A stretch of 64,000 nt of DNA from NCBI GenBank assembly GCA_038216735.1, contig JBBQPY010000005.1, positions 4,036-68,035 of the forward strand. The letters run 5' to 3'. A program made the position numbers and the translations under genes. Origin of the DNA: Chthonomonadales bacterium (GTDB lineage Bacteria > Armatimonadota > Chthonomonadetes > Chthonomonadales > Chthonomonadaceae). The notes beneath the pieces are model-generated. The model was not told where the DNA came from. It ran no database searches and was given only the letters and a program-made list of their open reading frames with translations. Below, one piece after another: positions 37,450 through 45,477 of this stretch (its first letter is position 1; the number at the start of each line of letters is the position of its first letter).

Positions 37450-37822
37450 TACCGCTTTTGCCTCACCGCCAGCTCCTGTTGCGCGGGTCATCATCAGGAA
37501 TCCGCTCGCGGGCAAAAGCGTTATTGGGGTTCCCCTGCTTATAGACACCGGAGCCGACGCAACCCTGATCCCTCGTGCCATACTTCCCTATCTGGACATT
37601 GACGAAGCGACATTGGAGCCGACAGGATACTCACTTGTTGGATTTGATGGCACAACGTCTCCGGCGATACTGGTTCCTGTCACGCTGGAATTTTTAGGCA
37701 GGCAGGTGGCAGGCGAATATCTGCTGACGGAAGCCAACTACGGCGTTCTTGGGCGGGATGTGCTGAATCTATTCCGCCTCAGTTTCGACGGACGCGGCCA
37801 AGTCTGGGACGAAATAGTATGA
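37430..37822 (+). CDS. Retropepsin-like (clan AA) aspartic protease domain protein.
   Basis: LIDTGADATLIP is the D-T/S-G-A active-site motif of retroviral-type aspartyl proteases (PF13650/PF13975-like), in an approximately 130-aa single-domain protein: MLVPNYD...IGVPLLIDTGADATLIPRAILPYLDID...GRQVAGEYLLTEANYGVLGRDVLNLFRLSFDGRG. It overlaps the 3' end of YjbR-like A, which suggests translational coupling. Confidence 0.6.
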   Translation: MLVPNYDTAFASPPAPVARVIIRNPLAGKSVIGVPLLIDTGADATLIPRAILPYLDIDEATLEPTGYSLVGFDGTTSPAILVPVTLEFLGRQVAGEYLLTEANYGVLGRDVLNLFRLSFDGRGQVWDEIV

Positions 37823-37868
37823 AATCTACCGGCATATGATCTCCTCGACGTACGTATTTCTTTTGATT

Positions 37869-37970
37869 CCGGCACTGATCGTGCCCCTCTCGCCTGCCAG
37901 CGTATGCGTGCATTGATAGTACGTCGAACTCAAAATCCTCGTCGTGCAGATATTGCTGCACCCTCCTTAA
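37869..37970 (+). pseudogene. Non-functional remnant of the dnaA 3' end, part of a tandem segmental duplication.
   Basis: gcctgccagcgtatgcgtgcattgat..cgtcgaactcaaaatcctcgtcgtgcagat...taa aligns with the dnaA end gcctgccagcgtatccgtgccctgatggaactggacgtcgaactcaaaaccctcgttgtgcagatgatg...taa, with indels that break the frame. Confidence 0.55.
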
Positions 37971-38012
37971 TTGTCAAGAAGTCGACCAATTACAAACCCA
38001 AAAAATCCTGAA

Positions 38013-38418
38013 GGAGAATAGAAATGCTTCTCAGGAGGATGTTCGCCGCCTGGCGTTATCGCTGCCGGACACGGTTCAGGAGGAGACGGGGTTTGCATTC
38101 GCGGTGATGAATCGAGGTAAGCGCAAGGGTTTCGCCTGGGTCTGGCAGGAACGTATTGTGCCGAAAAAGCCGCGAGTCCCATGTGCCGATGTGATTGCGC
38201 TGCGTGTCGCCGCCGAAGCGGAAAAAACCATGCTGCTCTCCGCCGGCCCTACGAAGTTCTTCATCGAGCCCCATTACAATGGCTTTCCAGCGGTTCTGGT
38301 TCGACTTTCAGAGGTGGATGTGGATGAGCTGGCAGAGTTGATTACCGACGCATGGCGATGTCAGGCGCCACATTTGATGCTCAGCGAATTCGATGCACGG
38401 GGCAGAAGCGGGTCGTGA
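38013..38418 (+). pseudogene. YjbR/MmcQ-family gene, paralogue B, with a 1-nt deletion immediately after the start codon that shifts the frame.
   Basis: The family frame reads ..ASQEDVRRLALSLPDTVQEETGFAFAVMNRGKRKGFAWVWQERIV...FFIEPHYNGFPAVLVRLSEVDVDELAELITDAW, matching YjbR/MmcQ. The RBS AAGGAG and ATG at 38014 are in the +1 frame (MLLRRMF...stop after 27 aa). Compare copy A aaaATGGCTTCTCTGGAGGATG with copy B aaATG-CTTCTCAGGAGGATG. It may still be expressed from a non-ATG start. Confidence 0.45.
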
Positions 38419-38439
38419 TTCGGTAGACCGTGCGGGGTT

Positions 38440-39330
38440 TGTAGAGATGGTTTTATGCCTGCAAAAGCAAGAATCACCAGGAAAAAGGAGTCAAATTAGA
38501 GTCTCTATTTGCACACTGATTCGAGGCGATTCGACTACTAGGGGCATAGTTGTTAACAATTGATTCGGGGCTAAGCGGTCGCGAGAGGGTAGATTTGGTA
38601 CATGATTCCGTACAAAACTTATACCAATCGGGCATCTTTTAACTACTAGGGGCATAGTTATTAACAATGGACTCATAACTATGCCCCTAGTTTTGAGTCT
38701 TAGGACTCATAACTCGTTGTCAACGAATCTGTCAACAGCAAATTGTTAATAACTCGGCAGTTTTCAACAGAGTTATTAACAATGATTCAGGCAAATTGTT
38801 AATAACTATGGGTCTAGTAGTTGAGACAAATGTAGACTCACGTGCGTTATCAATAAGAGTCGGAGTCTCACAGAGTCGATGAGAGTCTCGATTCAATTGA
38901 GTCTTCGAATGAGATTCATACGTCTACTATGCCCCTAGTTTTGAGTCTTTTCAACAGGATAATAATAAGCATTACAAGAATCTTATATATAAGTGTTATT
39001 TTAGATTCTTTTAAATACAAACGCACTCGGGTCGAGATTCGGGTCACTTCGAAAAGTACAATTGAGAATCGAGAGAATGTCGAACCGAGGGTAGAAAAAT
39101 CGGTGCGTATGCAGTGGGAATTCACTGGACATCTGGATTGTTGAAACTGTTGACAAATTGTTGAAAACTCACGTCGACGCTCTGCATCCGCCATAGCGAG
39201 TTGGCAGAGCGATTGGCAAAGGCCGCATTTTGTGATAGACTTGCAGGACGAGTTTCCGGTTTTGCAGCTGCGTGGACAGTTGGTACATGCGAACGGCAGA
39301 GAACACGGTACAGCACAACAAAAATGAGGT
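38440..39330. repeat. AT-rich repeat-dense non-coding region between the dnaA-proximal genes and recF; candidate oriC (DUE plus iterated boxes), or alternatively a degraded mobile element.
   Basis: About 0.9 kb with GC well below the flanking DNA. Motif AGTTATTAACAAT/ATTGTTAATAACT and the palindromic TTGTTAACAA occur five or more times (38543, 38655, 38732, 38761, 38784). CTACTAGGGGCATAGTT occurs three times, including a 15-bp inverted pair at 38638-38682. GAGTC clusters at 38846-38900. tgtcaac appears twice. A-tracts and TA-rich runs lie at 38940-39010. TTATTAACA is an 8/9 match to DnaA-box TTWTNCACA. Confidence 0.4.
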
Positions 39331-39341
39331 TCGGGGCTTCC

Positions 39342-41243
39342 ATGCGCGTTCGCCAACTGCAACTCAATAGCTTTCGCAACTATGCCGAACTGGACTTCAC
39401 GCCCGGCGCGGGACTGAACATCCTCTATGGAGAAAACGCACAGGGCAAAAGCAATATCCTCGAAGCTCTCTCCCTGCTCGCGACGACACGCTCCCTGCGC
39501 GCCAGCCGCGAATCGGAACTGATCCTGCGCGATTGTGAAATGGCGAACGTCACCGCCGAGGTCGAGCGCGAGCGTGAAGGCGACGTCGATCTCCAGGTCA
39601 GCGTCTATCAGGGCGACAAGAAATCGGTGCGGGTCAACGGGATGAAGCGGGCGCGGGTCGTCGATCTGCTCGGTCAGTTCAACGCCGTTTTCTTCGGCTC
39701 GATCGACCTCGGGATCGTGACGGGCGAGCCATCGGACCGCCGTCACTATCTCAACATAGAGATTTCGCAGATCAGTCCGCGCTACGTCTATGATCTCGGG
39801 CACTACAAGCGCACACTCCAGCAGCGTAACCGGCTGCTGCGCGAGCTGCGCGAACGCCCTCGTCCGCCCGAGCAGGTCGGACTCGACGCCTGGAATGAGC
39901 AGCTCGTGATACATGGCGCGCCGATACTCGAGAAACGCCGCTTTTACATCGAACGTCTCGCGCCGCTCGCCGACCAGATACACCGTGAACTGACGGATGG
40001 GCGTGAAGGGCTCGAAGTACGCTATGTGCCGAGCTTTCCACTCCCGATTATCGGAGTAAACTCAGCAAAAGACGAGTCCGAAAACGATAGAGAAAATGCC
40101 GCACAGGGCGAAATGGCAATCGTTCGCGAGACTCGGGAAGATCGTTACGTTTCAGAAGCCGCTGCGAATGTTCCCGATAGCGATGCAGACAGCGGGCGGG
40201 AAAAGAGGACTGAAAGTGTGGCAGGCGAATCCATCGATGCGCGACTTTCAGCAGACAGACAGACTCGCCCGGAATCGCCCCCCAGCGCCACGCAGACGAT
40301 TGCAGCGGCGTTCGAGCAGGCGTTGTCCGGCATTGGCAGGGAGGAGGCGCGCAGGGGCACGACTCTGATCGGACCGCAGCGAGACGATCTCAGTTTCCTG
40401 ATCAACGGGGTAGAAGCGCGGCTTTATGGCTCGCAGGGACAGCAGCGGACGGCGGCGCTTTCGCTGAAACTGGCTGAGTTTCGGCTGATCGAAGACTATG
40501 TCGGTGAGACGCCCGTAATGCTGCTCGACGACGTGATGAGCGATCTCGACGATATACGTCGCAAGCACCTGCTGCACTGGATCACGCGCCGCTGCCAGAC
40601 ATTCATCACCTGCACCAGCCTGCGCTCCTTCCCGAAAGAGACGCTGGCGGAAGCGGCGACCTTTCGCGTCGTCGAAGGAACCGTAATCCCCGATGCCAGA
40701 CCAATCAAACCCGCCAGATCCGTTTGTGCACTCGCCATCGGAAAATCACCCGAACAGCCTGTCGGAATTTCAGATGAACCGTCCGGTGGAAATCGAAAAG
40801 AAGGCTCAACAGATCGAACAGAAAAATACGCCGAGCATGAAGAATCCGGTGTCGGAAATCAAGCAGGCTCTGCGGCAGTCGAACGAGAAGAACAGCGAGC
40901 GGAGCAGTACGCCATTGTCGATAACCGGATCGCAGCAGCCGACCCACAGCGAACTGCCGGCGTCGACGAAGCAGGAATCAAGAGCGAATCCGCAGTTGAG
41001 TTCGGCACAAGCGTGGAAGAACCCGCCACTGAAATCGGAACTGTCGAAACCGGAGCAATCGAAACTAGATCCACTGAGCCAAGCCAATCCAGCCATTCAA
41101 CCGAGTCCGTCGAAAAAGCTCCCCAGGATACTGGCAGCCTACCCGCCGCTTCCGCCGGAACCGAAGCCCGAGCGATGGGCGTACGCCGCCGTAAATCGGC
41201 TGAACCGCCGTCGGAAACCCGCGCAGGGGCAGACACGCAATAA
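39342..41243 (+). CDS. recF: DNA replication and repair protein RecF, with an approximately 70-90 aa acidic insertion; the reading frame runs on past the expected C-terminus with atypical codon usage.
   Basis: MRVRQLQLNSFRNYAELDFTPGAGLNILYGENAQGKSNILEALSLL (Walker A). TLIGPQRDDLSFLINGVEARLYGSQGQQRTAALSLKLAEF (signature). PVMLLDDVMSDLD (Walker B). ...FITCTSL...ATFRVVEGTV is the expected end near 40690. Insertion PLPIIGVNSAKDESENDREN...ESPPSATQTIAAAF lies between the YVPSF and GTTLIGPQRDDL regions. No stop until 41243. Confidence 0.8.
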   Translation: MRVRQLQLNSFRNYAELDFTPGAGLNILYGENAQGKSNILEALSLLATTRSLRASRESELILRDCEMANVTAEVEREREGDVDLQVSVYQGDKKSVRVNGMKRARVVDLLGQFNAVFFGSIDLGIVTGEPSDRRHYLNIEISQISPRYVYDLGHYKRTLQQRNRLLRELRERPRPPEQVGLDAWNEQLVIHGAPILEKRRFYIERLAPLADQIHRELTDGREGLEVRYVPSFPLPIIGVNSAKDESENDRENAAQGEMAIVRETREDRYVSEAAANVPDSDADSGREKRTESVAGESIDARLSADRQTRPESPPSATQTIAAAFEQALSGIGREEARRGTTLIGPQRDDLSFLINGVEARLYGSQGQQRTAALSLKLAEFRLIEDYVGETPVMLLDDVMSDLDDIRRKHLLHWITRRCQTFITCTSLRSFPKETLAEAATFRVVEGTVIPDARPIKPARSVCALAIGKSPEQPVGISDEPSGGNRKEGSTDRTEKYAEHEESGVGNQAGSAAVEREEQRAEQYAIVDNRIAAADPQRTAGVDEAGIKSESAVEFGTSVEEPATEIGTVETGAIETRSTEPSQSSHSTESVEKAPQDTGSLPAASAGTEARAMGVRRRKSAEPPSETRAGADTQ

Positions 41244-41904
41244 GCCGACCGCTGGCTCGAGTGGCAAAACCAATCTCTCTGCAGAGGAGTGGCGTGCAGG
41301 CGAACGCCCTGTCGCTTATACGCCCCCCTCGATGCGCGGCGGCAATCCGCTTTCAGGTCTACTGCAGAGCGTGATCGGCGATATGGAAGCCGCAAACAGA
41401 GTCCGAGAGAGCCTCGCGCTCGCTTACTGGTCCCGTATCGCTGGAGAGCAGGCAGCAGCCGCTTCCGAAGCAGAATCTGTGCGCGATGGGCTGCTGATCG
41501 TGCGCACCAAAAGCTCCGTCTGGTCACACGAGCTGACCATGCACAAGCCCCATTTAATCGAGTCGCTCAACAGAATACTGGGAGGCAGATGTATCACGGA
41601 TATTCGCTTCCGCGCACAGGGTATCTCGCCCGACGATGTGCCTGAAGAGGCGCTCATGCCGTCACCTGGCGAACTGTCCCTGGTCGTGCTAGAGGACGAC
41701 GAGCGCGATGAGCTGAATGAACACCTTGAATCCCTCGCTTCGATCTCCGACGATCACGCCCGGCAGGCGATCGCGACACGCCTGACGAACGAATTCCGCC
41801 TCCGCCACTGGCGCCTCGAGCATGGCTGGCGACTCTGCCTCCATTGCTCCGCCGCTCACAAAACCGACTTCACTCTCTGCCCGATTTGTCGCCTCTGCAC
41901 CTGA
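40693..41904 (+). CDS. DUF721/DciA-like protein (putative ancestral helicase-loader family) with a long Pro/Ser/Gln-rich N-terminal region. The start is uncertain between 40693 and 41332.
   Basis: The C-terminal core LSGLLQSVIGDMEAANRVRESLALAYWSRIAGEQAAAASEAESVRDGLLIVRTKSSVWSHELTMHKPHLIESLNRILGGRCITDIRFR matches the recalled DUF721 pattern (..LG..A.EA..A..W..IVG...A.HT.P..L..GVL.V.V.SS.W..EL...K..IL.KLN..LG...V.DIRF). There is a C-terminal Cys cluster (CLHCSAAHKTDFTLCPICRLC). GC3 is about 80% from 40693 onward in this frame. Confidence 0.6.
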   Translation: MPDQSNPPDPFVHSPSENHPNSLSEFQMNRPVEIEKKAQQIEQKNTPSMKNPVSEIKQALRQSNEKNSERSSTPLSITGSQQPTHSELPASTKQESRANPQLSSAQAWKNPPLKSELSKPEQSKLDPLSQANPAIQPSPSKKLPRILAAYPPLPPEPKPERWAYAAVNRLNRRRKPAQGQTRNKPTAGSSGKTNLSAEEWRAGERPVAYTPPSMRGGNPLSGLLQSVIGDMEAANRVRESLALAYWSRIAGEQAAAASEAESVRDGLLIVRTKSSVWSHELTMHKPHLIESLNRILGGRCITDIRFRAQGISPDDVPEEALMPSPGELSLVVLEDDERDELNEHLESLASISDDHARQAIATRLTNEFRLRHWRLEHGWRLCLHCSAAHKTDFTLCPICRLCT

Positions 41905-41960
41905 AAAACAGCCTTAAACAGCAGTTTGTCGATGCCCCGTTTTCGAACTGTTGACCACGC

Positions 41961-42009
41961 GGGGCTAAAGCCCCGGTCTAGAGTGGCGAAGTCCGCCTTC
42001 GAGGACCGG
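41961..42009. repeat. R1 dispersed two-hairpin repeat, copy b.
   Basis: ggggctaaagcccc GGTCTAGAGTGGCGAAGTCCGCCTTCGAGGACCGG, in the spacer between the DUF721 gene and comEC. Confidence 0.5.
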
Positions 42010-42083
42010 ATGTACGTTTTTCAACTGGGGTCTGAAGATATTCTGTTCCTGTAACTGTCGTCTACCCGCTGGAAGGAACTTCT

Positions 42084-44783
42084 GTGCTGACAAAACGCCC
42101 GTTGCCGCCGCTGACCGCCGCGTTCGCGCTCGGCATTCTTAGTGCCGCCACCGTATTTCCCCTCGTCTGGGTTGCTCTCGTTTCTCTACTCATTCTCACT
42201 CTGCTTTTCGCGATTACGCGTCGACCGATCTGGGGTACGGGCGCAATACTATCGGGGATGTTTCTGCTCGGTTTCGCCCGGTATTACACCTGCTCCCTCC
42301 TGCCCGCGAACGATATATCCCACATTGCTCCTGCTTCAGTCCGTGTGACAGGCGTCGTGCAGTCCGATAGCGGCGAGACGGCCGACACTGAATCGAAAAA
42401 GGCGGATACGGCAAAATTCACGCTTGCTGTCCAGAGCGTAGATTTCGGAAACTTCGACTCAGGAAACGTAGGCACCGCAGGTACGACATCAGGCGTAAAG
42501 GAAGCAAACATCGGCGGCAATATCGAGGTTCGTGTGCCGCTGAGAACACAGACGTTCGGGAATTCAACCCGGAGTAGCAGAGTCGATCGAATTAACACGA
42601 ATACATTTGTCACACGAACTGAAACGGGTTCGGCATTACGTGAAGCGCCCCATTACGGCGATGTCATGAGAATTTATGGGCGACTGACGCTGCCGGAAGG
42701 ACCGCGCAATCCAGGCGGATTCGACTCCAGGGCAACACTTGCACAGCGGGGAATCTTTGCGACGTTGAAAGCGACAAAAACGGACGACTGGCAAATACAA
42801 CAAAGCGGCGGTATCGGGAGTCTGCTGTTGAGGTCGATATACAACGTACGCAGGAGCATTTTGCACCGCTCGTACGCTGCGCATACTCGGCAGCATGCGG
42901 AAGTCCTGAACGGTATTTTGCTCGGCGAGCGCGGCGACCTGCCCACCAGCCTGAAGCTAGAATTCGAGCGCACCGGAACGACGCATATGCTGGCAACGGC
43001 CGGTCTGCACGTCGGTATGGTCGTCATACTGTTGAATGCGCTGCTGCGCCTCCTGCGAATTACCAGGCGTCCCACTTTGCTCGCTTCGTTCGGCATCCTG
43101 CTCATCTACGCGGTGATGGCAGGGTGGCGTCCCTCGGTTGTGCGCGCCGCTGTGATGGCGAGCGTCTATCTGATAGGTCTGTTATTGGAGCGCGAACCGG
43201 ACCTGCCGAACGCGCTCACGCTCGCCGCGCTGATACTGCTTCTGCTCAGTCCATTCAATCTATTCGATCCCGGCTATCAGATGTCATTCGCAATCGTCCT
43301 GACGATTTTGCTTCTGATGCCGCTCGCGAAGGAGGCAATCGCACGCGCCGAAAAATGGTATCCAGACTATCGACCAGGCGCGAAACCGATACGCGCCGGT
43401 GTTAAGCTCGTCGCCGGCTGTATCTTCCTTGCACTCGCAGCGCAGATCGGTGCGTTTCCGCTTGTCGCATACTACTTCCACACCGTTTCTTTCGTCGGCA
43501 TCAACGCGAATACACTGGCGGTCCCGGCGCTCTTACTGATCATCGCCCTCGGTTTCACCGCTGCCCTGCTTGGCGCATTCTCGCCGCTTCTCGCATTGCC
43601 ACTCGATTGGCTGCTGGAGGGTCTGCTCGCCTATATCCTCTGGATTATCCGTCACTGGGCTGCGCTGCCATTCGCGAGCCTCAACGCCGTTGCGCCGCCT
43701 GTGCCGCTGGTGTTGCTCTACTATGCGGTCTTATGGGCGCTTGCCTGGCGCTGGAGCCAGCAGTCGGTCGCACCGAATCGGGAGCAAGAGAAAGCAGAGG
43801 CTGGGGGCAAAAAGTCGACTGAAAATCCAGAGGAAAAGGACGCGTTCGCGACCTCAGGCGAGGGCATGAATTCTGGGATGAAGACAGCGCAAAAGAGAAG
43901 CGCTTCTCCCGTGACAAAATTCCTCGGTCTCTATATCGGCATAAGCCTGCTCATGCTCGTCTGGGTCGAACTGATCCCGCACCGTCCGCACGAACTCAAA
44001 ATCACGTTTCTGGATGTGGGTCAGGGGGATGCAGCGGTGATCGAGACGCCGAGCGGCAAAGTGGTGATCATCGATACCGGCAATATTGGGCAAGACAATG
44101 GAGACGATCTCGGTCAGCGCGTCGTCGCGCCCTTTCTGCAGCAGGAGGGCATCAACCACATCGACGCGCTGCTGCTCACGCACCCGCACGCGGACCATAT
44201 CGGAGGAGCTGAGACGCTGCTGCATCAGATTTCGACGGGGCTGCTGATGGACAATGGACAGGAGACCGGCTCATCGCTCGTTACGCACTATCTGACGGAG
44301 GCTCATGATAGACAGGTTACTTATCAGGCGGCGAAACGCGGCCAGGAGATCGACTGCCACGACGGGGTGAGGATCCATGTGCTTGCGCCGATACCGGCGG
44401 AGATGGGTCTGCTGCCCAACGATGCCAGCCTCGTCATACGTGTGGATTATGAGCATACCTCGTTCGTGATGACCGGTGATGCGGAGGCGGTCGAGGAGCA
44501 GGAACTCGTAGACAGCGGTGTGCTGGCAGGCTGTACCGTACTGAAAGTCGGACATCACGGCAGCCGGACTTCGACGAATGCCGATTTCCTGACTGCTATT
44601 CACCCGAAAATAGCGATAATCTCCGTCGGGGCGCATAATGTCTATCAGCATCCGAGCCTCGAAGTGGTCGCACGGCTTCAGGATTCCGGCGCCGCAGTCT
44701 ATCGCACCGATCGAAACGGCGCGGTGACATGCGTCTCGAACGGCGTCACCATACAAACGACTCCCATGGATCCCTCTCGCTAG
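42084..44783 (+). CDS. comEC: DNA internalisation-related competence protein ComEC/Rec2 (competence domain plus C-terminal metallo-beta-lactamase domain).
   Basis: N-terminal TM helices, a DUF4131-like region, and the competence domain with multiple TMs (ATAGLHVGMVVILL...LIYAVMAGWRPSVVRAAVMASVYL). MBL fold: ITFLDVGQGDAAVIETPSGKVVIIDTG...LLLTHPHADHIGGAETLL...VGHHGSRTS. 899 aa. Confidence 0.9.
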   Translation: MLTKRPLPPLTAAFALGILSAATVFPLVWVALVSLLILTLLFAITRRPIWGTGAILSGMFLLGFARYYTCSLLPANDISHIAPASVRVTGVVQSDSGETADTESKKADTAKFTLAVQSVDFGNFDSGNVGTAGTTSGVKEANIGGNIEVRVPLRTQTFGNSTRSSRVDRINTNTFVTRTETGSALREAPHYGDVMRIYGRLTLPEGPRNPGGFDSRATLAQRGIFATLKATKTDDWQIQQSGGIGSLLLRSIYNVRRSILHRSYAAHTRQHAEVLNGILLGERGDLPTSLKLEFERTGTTHMLATAGLHVGMVVILLNALLRLLRITRRPTLLASFGILLIYAVMAGWRPSVVRAAVMASVYLIGLLLEREPDLPNALTLAALILLLLSPFNLFDPGYQMSFAIVLTILLLMPLAKEAIARAEKWYPDYRPGAKPIRAGVKLVAGCIFLALAAQIGAFPLVAYYFHTVSFVGINANTLAVPALLLIIALGFTAALLGAFSPLLALPLDWLLEGLLAYILWIIRHWAALPFASLNAVAPPVPLVLLYYAVLWALAWRWSQQSVAPNREQEKAEAGGKKSTENPEEKDAFATSGEGMNSGMKTAQKRSASPVTKFLGLYIGISLLMLVWVELIPHRPHELKITFLDVGQGDAAVIETPSGKVVIIDTGNIGQDNGDDLGQRVVAPFLQQEGINHIDALLLTHPHADHIGGAETLLHQISTGLLMDNGQETGSSLVTHYLTEAHDRQVTYQAAKRGQEIDCHDGVRIHVLAPIPAEMGLLPNDASLVIRVDYEHTSFVMTGDAEAVEEQELVDSGVLAGCTVLKVGHHGSRTSTNADFLTAIHPKIAIISVGAHNVYQHPSLEVVARLQDSGAAVYRTDRNGAVTCVSNGVTIQTTPMDPSR

Positions 44784-44786
44784 CGC

Positions 44787-45353
44787 CTAAAGCACTAGTC
44801 GGTAGGTTTGCCATTCTGTCAGATGGGCCGCGCCGAGGCGCCGGTAGAATTGCTGCGCGTCGGTGTTCCAGTCCAAAACTACCCACTCGACGCGTCCACA
44901 CCCGGAACTACGCGCCTCCGCGATTAGGTGAGACATCATCGCCGAGCCGACCGACTGACGACGGAATGCGGGCAGCACGAATAAGTCTTCAAGATAGAGA
45001 GTCGGTCGCGCGAGAAACGAGGAGTAGGTTTCGAACGTGATCGCATAAGCCACCGCCTCTCGTACAGGTGTCACCCTCGAATTCTCAGGCTCTACTTTTT
45101 CCTCGACTTCTCCGGCCTTGTCCTGCTTTGCTGACTTCTCTTCGTCTATTACCTCCTCTGCTTCCGAACTTACTTCGGCGAGCCAGGCAGTAAAGCGCGG
45201 CCGGCGTTCGTCTGTCTGCCAGCCGTCTTTAGCAAATCGTTGTTGTGCTGCCACATCCGGCGGAGGCAGCTTCTCGAATTCCGCCAGTGCCTCTATCAAG
45301 CGCAGCAGTGTCGGTACATCTTCTCGTTCCGCTCGCCGTATCGAAATGGTCAT
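44787..45353 (-). CDS. GNAT family N-acetyltransferase with an acidic internal insert.
   Basis: MTISIRRAEREDVPTLLRLIEALAEFE...YLEDLFVLPAFRRQSVGSAMMSHLIAEARSSGCGRVEWVVLDWNTDAQQFYRRLGA is the acetyl-CoA-binding core (R/Q-x-x-G-x-A). RBS AGAGGAA upstream of the internal ATG. The coordinate is approximate to ±1 nt, because the manual index and the six-frame track disagreed by one base here. Confidence 0.6.
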   Translation of the reverse strand: MTISIRRAEREDVPTLLRLIEALAEFEKLPPPDVAAQQRFAKDGWQTDERRPRFTAWLAEVSSEAEEVIDEEKSAKQDKAGEVEEKVEPENSRVTPVREAVAYAITFETYSSFLARPTLYLEDLFVLPAFRRQSVGSAMMSHLIAEARSSGCGRVEWVVLDWNTDAQQFYRRLGAAHLTEWQTYRLVL

Positions 45354-45477
45354 AAAGCAGGGTTCCTCTCTGAGCATCAATTTCGCTGATTCGCGGATGT
45401 ACACCCCGGCTCGAAACGTATATTTCGCTTGATACCCGAACCGTTGTACGCGGTGAATGGAGATCAGGGATTTTCAC

